Shown: one piece after another, positions 58,295 to 64,000 of the stretch
How positions within the stretch are numbered: the stretch's first letter is position 1
Layout: every line of letters begins with the position of its first letter
Origin: Desulfobacterales bacterium
GTDB lineage: Bacteria; Desulfobacterota; Desulfobacteria; Desulfobacterales; UBA2174
DNA length: 64,000 bases
Direction of reading: 5' to 3'
NCBI GenBank assembly: GCA_963668645.2
Contig: CAXXWC010000002.1
Location: 32,001-96,000 of the forward strand
Program-made: the position numbers and the translations under genes
The notes under the pieces: model-generated
The model's input: only the letters and a program-made list of their open reading frames with translations
Database searches by the model: none
What the model was told of the DNA's origin: nothing

Positions 58295-59530
58295 TCAATC
58301 ACCGTCCAAGGGCGCCCGCGGTGCCCCGGAGACGGAAACCTGGGCCATGGCCTTTTGCACCGTCCGATCCACGATCCGCTGCAGCCAGGTCCGGCCCGCG
58401 CTGCGGGTCTCCTCGGGCAAGGTGCGGATGGTCCGGAGATACTCGCCGGCACAGCCATCGCTTGCGGCTGCCAATGCTTCCAAAAACCGGTTCTTGTCCC
58501 CATCTTCGCAAGGCGGTTCGACCCGCAAACCGGTCAGGGTCTGCACCAATGCCGGCCAGCCCCGCTCATAGGCCGGATCAGGGCCCGTTTCGTCCGGTGC
58601 GGGGAGGATTTTCGTGCCGAGCTGCTCCAGGCGCCGGATCCGTTCGTCCAGGGCCAGATCGAGGGTTTCCATCAGGGCCTGCCATACGGGCATCGGCAGG
58701 CGCGGTCCGATGAAGTCGCCGCGCACCTGCCGGTACCAGTCCCTCAAGGCCAGCAGGTTGCCGATATAGGTCAAGTTGTTGATCAGGATCCGGCGCAGGC
58801 CCTTATACGCCCCCGGCCGGTAGGCGATGTTTCCCTGATGACCTGGGCCGCCCACCAGCAGTCTGCCGCAGCGCAGTTCGTCCTTGCGGATCAGTGTGCC
58901 TGCCGCGGCCACGGTGCCGAACCCCAGGCGGCAGGGGCCCACCATCCCCCCCTGGCCACCGAGAAATATGGCTGGCCGGTCAAGCATGACACCCGCCGGA
59001 ACGTCGCCGATCAGCGAGGGGGTGGCCTTGTCCTGGTGGGGCGTGAAATTAAAATGGATATAACTGCTGCCCACCTCGCTGTGATTGTCGGGGCCTGTGC
59101 CGCCGGCCATGAGGCAGTCGCAAAAATTGATCAGGCTGCCGAGCGTCACGAAGGGGAACAAGATCGTCTGCTTGAGTCCCACCGCGTGGGCCGTGCGCGC
59201 GCCTTCTTCCAGGATGGTTCCTTCGCGCACGTGGGCGTTGGCGCCGAGGCTGGCTCCGGCCAGCAGGACGGCCCCGTGACAGTATCCGGAACAGACCGCG
59301 GCTCCGGGTCCGAGAGCACTTTGCGAAACAGTTGCCGGCCCCTCGGTTCCGATGCGCGCACCGGCGCCGATATAGGTCCGGTCTCCGATAAGGCGGGTTC
59401 CAGGATACAGAATGGTCCCCGGTCCTTGGATGCGATCAGGATTCACCCGAGGATCGATCCAGACCTGGGCCGGATCCGGAATCTCCACCCCTTGGTGGGT
59501 GAGCCGGTTCAAGTCGAAGGCGGGTTTCAT
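58295..59530 (-). CDS. GlmU-related left-handed beta-helix protein lacking the uridyltransferase domain
   Basis: GV.I.DP..V.ID, hexapeptide repeats, AHVR.GT.L, K. Immediately upstream of glmM. Confidence 0.75.
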   Translation of the reverse strand: MKPAFDLNRLTHQGVEIPDPAQVWIDPRVNPDRIQGPGTILYPGTRLIGDRTYIGAGARIGTEGPATVSQSALGPGAAVCSGYCHGAVLLAGASLGANAHVREGTILEEGARTAHAVGLKQTILFPFVTLGSLINFCDCLMAGGTGPDNHSEVGSSYIHFNFTPHQDKATPSLIGDVPAGVMLDRPAIFLGGQGGMVGPCRLGFGTVAAAGTLIRKDELRCGRLLVGGPGHQGNIAYRPGAYKGLRRILINNLTYIGNLLALRDWYRQVRGDFIGPRLPMPVWQALMETLDLALDERIRRLEQLGTKILPAPDETGPDPAYERGWPALVQTLTGLRVEPPCEDGDKNRFLEALAAASDGCAGEYLRTIRTLPEETRSAGRTWLQRIVDRTVQKAMAQVSVSGAPRAPLDGD

Positions 59531-59560
59531 AGATTGATGACCTGTAAGTAGGGGGTGCGT

Positions 59561-60937
59561 TTAATCCGGCACCAAGTCGTAAAAATAGAGCATGGCGTCC
59601 GAGCGGGTCACAATGCCGATGATCCTGCCGTTGTCCACCACCGGCAGCCGCCCCACATCGTGCTTGACCATGACCCGGGCAGCCTCCAGGGGGCTGGCGC
59701 CCGGTGCGATGGTCTGAACCCGGGGGCTCATGAACGCCTTGACCGGAGCGTCGTACTGCGAATCGCGTTTGAGTTTGCGAAAATCGCGCCTCGAGATCAC
59801 CCCCACCAGGGTTTCGCCGTCCACCACCGGCAGGCCGGTGCAGCCCTTTTCTTTCAGGATATTGGCAACCTCGCGCATGGGGCAGTCCAGCGCAACGGTG
59901 TGAACCGGAAAGGACATCATGTCGCTCACCTGCACCGATGCGCGCTGGTTGCCCCGGATCAACTCGAGAATCATCTCCTCTACCACTTCGGGGTTGACAT
60001 CGTGCAGGACAGCGGATCCGGCTCCCGGATGGCCGCCGCCGCCCAGAGCCTGCATGATGCGCCCGACGCTCAGTCCGTCGACATGACTGCGGCCGATCAC
60101 CATGCACCGGTCGGCGTCCGGGCTGGTAAAGATGCCGAAGGCCGCATCCACGTTGATCAGTTCACGGTACATGCGCACCACCACGGCCAAGCCGTCCACA
60201 TGCCCGCCCACATCCTGGCGGTTGACGCTCACCGTGTAGCCGGCCACCCGGGTGCGCCGGGCGCTTTTGATCATCTCGAAGAGGATGTTCTTCTGTTTTT
60301 CTCCGTAAGCCGGGCGCAGAAAAGAGCCGAGAACGTTCAGGTCGGCGCGCCGCTCCATCAGCCAAGCGGCGGCATAGGCGTCCTCTGGCCGGGTCGAGGG
60401 AAAGGTCAGATGGCCGGTGTCCTCGTGCAGGCCGATGAGAAACAGGGTGGCTTGAATGGGGGTGATCAGTTGGCGCCGGACACGCAGTTCCTGGACAAGC
60501 AGGGTGATGGCGGCACCGGTTTCGGCCTGGTAGGCCTCGCCGGCGGCGATGTTGCCCCCGTTGCCATGGTGATCCCATAGGATGATGTCCAGGCCGCTGC
60601 GCTTTTTCAGCCGTCCAAGCCCTTCGAGCCGCTCCCAGCGGTTGGTGTCCACCACTACCAGGCGGCCGACCTTCTCAAGATCAATATCCTTGGCCAGCCG
60701 GTAGCCGAACATATCCTTGTGGATCGACAAAAAGGCGCGCACGTTGGGGTTGAGGCTGCGGGGCAGCACGGCCAGCGTCCCGGGGTAAAGCAAGGTGGCG
60801 GCCATCACCGATGCCAGGGCGTCAAAGTCGGTATTGCGATGGGTGGCGACAATCTGCAGTGAATCGGCGCTCTCCTTCGCGTTTCCTGCCGGACCGGCAT
60901 CCTGGATGCCGCCGTTGAAATGATCTGTAGGTATCAT
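59561..60937 (-). CDS. DHH/DHHA1 phosphoesterase with tandem CBS domains
   Basis: TH.N.DFDA, VVD, DHH, EDTG, GGGGH..AGSA, then two CBS domains. Confidence 0.88.
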   Translation of the reverse strand: MIPTDHFNGGIQDAGPAGNAKESADSLQIVATHRNTDFDALASVMAATLLYPGTLAVLPRSLNPNVRAFLSIHKDMFGYRLAKDIDLEKVGRLVVVDTNRWERLEGLGRLKKRSGLDIILWDHHGNGGNIAAGEAYQAETGAAITLLVQELRVRRQLITPIQATLFLIGLHEDTGHLTFPSTRPEDAYAAAWLMERRADLNVLGSFLRPAYGEKQKNILFEMIKSARRTRVAGYTVSVNRQDVGGHVDGLAVVVRMYRELINVDAAFGIFTSPDADRCMVIGRSHVDGLSVGRIMQALGGGGHPGAGSAVLHDVNPEVVEEMILELIRGNQRASVQVSDMMSFPVHTVALDCPMREVANILKEKGCTGLPVVDGETLVGVISRRDFRKLKRDSQYDAPVKAFMSPRVQTIAPGASPLEAARVMVKHDVGRLPVVDNGRIIGIVTRSDAMLYFYDLVPD

Positions 60938-61761
60938 CTGTCTTGGGAGGTGTCGTCGGCCTGCCAGGCCGCTGTAATGGCCGGCGGAGCATCGGGCGGC
61001 GGGAGCAGCCCCCGACTCTCCGGGCGGTTTTGGTACTCGAGTTGGAGCCGATACTTTTCCACTTCGACCCGGCTTTCAATGGTTCTGCGTGCCAGCAGAT
61101 AACGCAGATAGACGATCCAGGCCACGAGACCGAATCCGAGAATCGCCGCGCCGAGAAAAAACCACTTGAAGCGCAGGATGGTTTCGAGCCCCATCCGCCC
61201 GATGTCGAGAATCAGGTTGGGAACGATCCAGTAAGCCAGAACGGCCATGAGAATCAAGGATCCGATTACGAAAACGTTGAAGCGCGAAAATCGGTGCACG
61301 AAGCGTTCGAAACCGGTTTCATCCTTTTGCGGCAAATCCGCCGCGGCCCCCGAAGCGCCCGGCGTATGCTCGACCTCGGTGCCGCACAGCCGCTGATAGA
61401 CGCGCACCAAAAAGACAAAAAGCATGATCAGGCCCACCGGCAGCCCCACCGCCGCCACGAACCAGGCACGGAAGGGAAAGGGGCGATCCCGGCTGGTGAG
61501 GCGGACTTCGTAGTTTTCCAAAGGCCCGAATGTTTTTTCGAAGTAGTAGCGATTGAATTTGCTCAGGTTCTGCCCGTCGGTCTCATAGATCAGGCTGCCT
61601 TGCGGGCTGTAGACCTGCAGCCAGGACTGGCGCCCGGACTTCATGGCAGCCAGGGCAAAGATTTCCAGCTCGATCAAAAGCAGTCCGACGAGCACCAGGG
61701 CAAAAAAGGTTTTATGCTCCCGGAAAAGGGTAGAAAAGTGGCGTGATTCGCTCATCGTCAT
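60934..61761 (-). CDS. Hypothetical membrane protein
   Basis: About 4 TM segments. ATGA overlap with the DHH-CBS gene. Confidence 0.7.
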   Translation of the reverse strand: MTMSESRHFSTLFREHKTFFALVLVGLLLIELEIFALAAMKSGRQSWLQVYSPQGSLIYETDGQNLSKFNRYYFEKTFGPLENYEVRLTSRDRPFPFRAWFVAAVGLPVGLIMLFVFLVRVYQRLCGTEVEHTPGASGAAADLPQKDETGFERFVHRFSRFNVFVIGSLILMAVLAYWIVPNLILDIGRMGLETILRFKWFFLGAAILGFGLVAWIVYLRYLLARRTIESRVEVEKYRLQLEYQNRPESRGLLPPPDAPPAITAAWQADDTSQDR

Positions 61762-62121
61762 CCTGTTGGTTTGAAATGACCGCTACGGCACTTGAATTAA
61801 CATAAGCGGGGCTTGCCGCTCAAGGCACAAAACCGCGAGGACTTGCGCCGTATCTGCCTAGACAGGCACAGCGATCCGGACCAACGGGCACTAACCGCCT
61901 CAGACAGTTCCGGACCGGCCGCCAGGATCACCCCCGGGCCGCCTCGTTCAAACCTGGCAGACCGTGGGGTTCAGGAATTTTCAACGACTTTTCCGATTTC
62001 TGCCACTTTCCTGTCGCTATTGATCAACGCTACGAGCCAGCCGGCGGCCTTCCGGGCGGTCCCGGCACAGCGACAGGCGCGCGCTGCCTGAAGACCTTGG
62101 GCACGTTGCCCCCGCTATCGC

Positions 62122-62150
62122 TTGCAGTCGCCTGCCAAAGGGGCTATAGG
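62122..62150 (+). promoter_or_regulatory. Putative sigma70 promoter for the ACT-DUF711 operon
   Basis: TTGCAG-17 bp-TATAGG. Confidence 0.4.
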
Positions 62151-62194
62151 TGCCACTGGCAGTTCAATCCGTTTTTTGGGAAAAGAATTTGATC

Positions 62195-62752
62195 ATGAAC
62201 AAAGCCATCATATCCGTTTTGGGAAAAGACCGGCCGGGGATCATCGCCGCCGTTTCCGGCGCTCTGTTGGAAGCGGACTGCAATATCGAAAACGTCTCCC
62301 AGACCATACTGCAATCCGAGTTTTCGGGGATCTTCATCGTATCCTTGCCCGAAACGATGAGTCTGGATGACTTGCATACGGCCCTGCAAACCCGCCTGGC
62401 CCCTCTGCACCAGCAGATCCATGTCAAACCGGTTTCGGAGCCAAACGCATACACCGCACCCCCGGAAGCCTGCGAGCCGTTCGTGATCACCACCCGCGGC
62501 CCGGACCGCAAGGGGCTGGTGGCCGGCATCACTGCAGTCATCGCCGGCCACGGGGTCAATGTCACCAATCTCCAGGCGGTTTTCAAAGGCGGCCAAGCAC
62601 CCGTCGACAACATCATGATCTACGAGGTGGATGTGCCGGCCGGGGTGGATCAGAAGCGGCTTCGCAGCGACTTGCGCATCCGGGCCGCCGAACTCGACAT
62701 GCAGATCAGCATCCAGCACCGGCACATCTTCGAGGCCTTGAACCGCATCTGA
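62195..62752 (+). CDS. Double ACT domain protein (GcvR-like)
   Basis: ISVLGKDRPGIIA.VS..L....NIE.VSQ; second domain GPDRKGLVA.IT; C-terminal QH..IF.A.NRI. Confidence 0.88.
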   Translation: MNKAIISVLGKDRPGIIAAVSGALLEADCNIENVSQTILQSEFSGIFIVSLPETMSLDDLHTALQTRLAPLHQQIHVKPVSEPNAYTAPPEACEPFVITTRGPDRKGLVAGITAVIAGHGVNVTNLQAVFKGGQAPVDNIMIYEVDVPAGVDQKRLRSDLRIRAAELDMQISIQHRHIFEALNRI

Positions 62753-62761
62753 AGGACAATC

Positions 62762-64000
62762 ATGCTTCATCCACAGGAAATACTCGCCACCCTGGAAATG
62801 TTGCGCCAGGAACACCTTGATGTGCGCACCGTCACGATGGGGATCCATCTTTTCGACTGTGCCGGCCCTGACCCCGAACAGACCTGCGCCGCCATGCGCG
62901 CCAAGATCCTGCGCAATGCGGCCGATCTGGTAGCGGTCTGTGACGAGGTGGGCGACAAATACGGCATCCCGGTGGTCAACAAGCGCATCGCGGTCAGCCC
63001 CATCGCCGTGGCCGCGGCTCCCCTGAATCCCGAAGGCATGCTGCAGGTGGCCCACACCCTGGACGAGGCGGCAGAAGCCTCCCGGGTCGATTTCATCGGT
63101 GGGTTTTCCGCCCTGGTGGAAAAAGGATTCGCCGCCGGCGATCTGGCCCTGCTGGACGCCCTGCCCCGGGCACTGGCCGAGACCCGCAGGGTCTGCGCTT
63201 CGGTGAACGTGGCCTCGACCCGGGCTGGGATCAATATCGACGCCATTTTGCGCATGGCCGAAATCATCAAGGCCGCTGCGGATCTCACCGCAGACCAGGA
63301 CGCCCTGGCCTGTGCCAAGCTTTGCGTTTTCGCCAATATCCCCCAGGACGTGCCGTTCATGGCGGGCGCCTACCTGGGCGTCGGCGAGCCGGACGCGGTG
63401 ATCAACGTCGGCGTCAGCGGACCGGGGGTGGTCAAGCGGGCGGTGGAGCGGGCTCTGGCGGCCGATGCGGATCTGGATCTGGGGCGGATTTCGGAGCTGA
63501 TCAAACGCACGGCCTACAAGGTCACCCGGGTCGGGGAATTGATCGGCCGCGAGGTGGCCCAGCGGCTCAAGATCCGTTTCGGGGTGGTGGACCTTTCCCT
63601 GGCCCCGACCCCCAACGTGGGCGACAGCGTGGGTGAAATCTTTCAAAGCCTCGGGTTGCGTGCCATCGGGGTGCCGGGCAGTACCGCAGCCCTGGCCCTG
63701 CTCAACGATGCGGTCAAAAAAGGCGGGGCTTTCGCTTCTTCCAACGTGGGCGGACTTTCCGGAGCCTTTATCCCGGTCAGCGAGGACCTGAACATCTCCG
63801 ACGCGGCCCGCCAGGGGTTCTTGAGCCTGGAAAAACTCGAAGCCATGACCAGCGTCTGCTCGGTGGGCCTGGATATGGTGGCCATACCCGGCGACACCAG
63901 CGTCGAGACGCTGGCCGGGATCATCGCCGACGAGATGGCCATCGGCGTCATCAACAAGAAAACCACCGCCTGCCGTCTGGTGCCGGTCCCGGGCAAGGGC
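62762..64000 (+). CDS. DUF711/UPF0210 (PFL-like) family protein, 3'-truncated by the window edge
   Basis: Read from the sequence (absent from the ORF track): MLHPQEILATLEMLRQEHLDVRTVTMGI, YGIPVVNKRIAVSP, DLSLAPTP, GGLSGAFIPVSED, VCSVGLDM. Confidence 0.9.
   Translation, partial: MLHPQEILATLEMLRQEHLDVRTVTMGIHLFDCAGPDPEQTCAAMRAKILRNAADLVAVCDEVGDKYGIPVVNKRIAVSPIAVAAAPLNPEGMLQVAHTLDEAAEASRVDFIGGFSALVEKGFAAGDLALLDALPRALAETRRVCASVNVASTRAGINIDAILRMAEIIKAAADLTADQDALACAKLCVFANIPQDVPFMAGAYLGVGEPDAVINVGVSGPGVVKRAVERALAADADLDLGRISELIKRTAYKVTRVGELIGREVAQRLKIRFGVVDLSLAPTPNVGDSVGEIFQSLGLRAIGVPGSTAALALLNDAVKKGGAFASSNVGGLSGAFIPVSEDLNISDAARQGFLSLEKLEAMTSVCSVGLDMVAIPGDTSVETLAGIIADEMAIGVINKKTTACRLVPVPGKG

Noticed and set aside
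61860..61990. Possible 6S RNA, glmS ribozyme or c-di-AMP/c-di-GMP riboswitch
   Set aside because: Only fragmentary resemblance (CCTGAACC, ACGAGG). The core consensus elements and expected gene context are missing, so it is kept only as an unassigned structured region.
5869..63646. Many long antisense or alternate-frame ORFs (for example 5869-7653, 21585-23549, 24863-26914, 50933-53020, 62144-63646)
   Set aside because: They shadow well-supported genes, lack recognisable motifs and are expected in high-GC DNA.
2161..64000. DGR reverse transcriptase, Avd or template repeat
   Set aside because: I found no RT motifs and no AAC-rich copy of 2041-2160 by eye, so a complete DGR cannot be claimed from this window.

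Overview
A GC-rich bacterial chromosome segment. Gene content (MglA, DUF2760/Hsp70, GlmU-like LbH protein, DHH-CBS protein, dif sequence type) suggests an anaerobic deltaproteobacterium, probably Desulfobacterota; this placement is an inference. Most of the window is housekeeping: gap, purB, fabH, pgi, ispF-cysS-uvrB-uvrC, purC, acs with a Na+/solute symporter, an EF-G paralog, xseA-xseB-ispA-dxs-tlyA and glmM. A XerCD dif-type site at 55725-55752 probably marks the replication terminus. Most notable items: (1) a 5'-truncated NACHT NTPase with a C-terminal FGE/C-lectin domain whose last ~120 bp and 3' flank resemble the variable region of a diversity-generating retroelement (DGR) target, with no RT or template repeat seen in the window; (2) an adjacent secreted EEP-fold protein that has lost three catalytic Asp residues; (3) a 92-bp MITE with 15-bp TIRs and a 6-bp target duplication upstream of a GAF gene and gap; (4) an MglA module without MglB, flanked by a TPR/PilZ-like gene and a DUF4388-cNMP-cNMP-PilZ gene; (5) a 28-aa membrane peptide absent from the ORF track and a membrane PAS-exonuclease next to acs and the symporter; (6) an EF-G2 with the catalytic His replaced by Asp. 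I found no tRNA, rRNA, CRISPR array, transposase or integrase. All domain calls come from motif recognition by eye, not from database searches.
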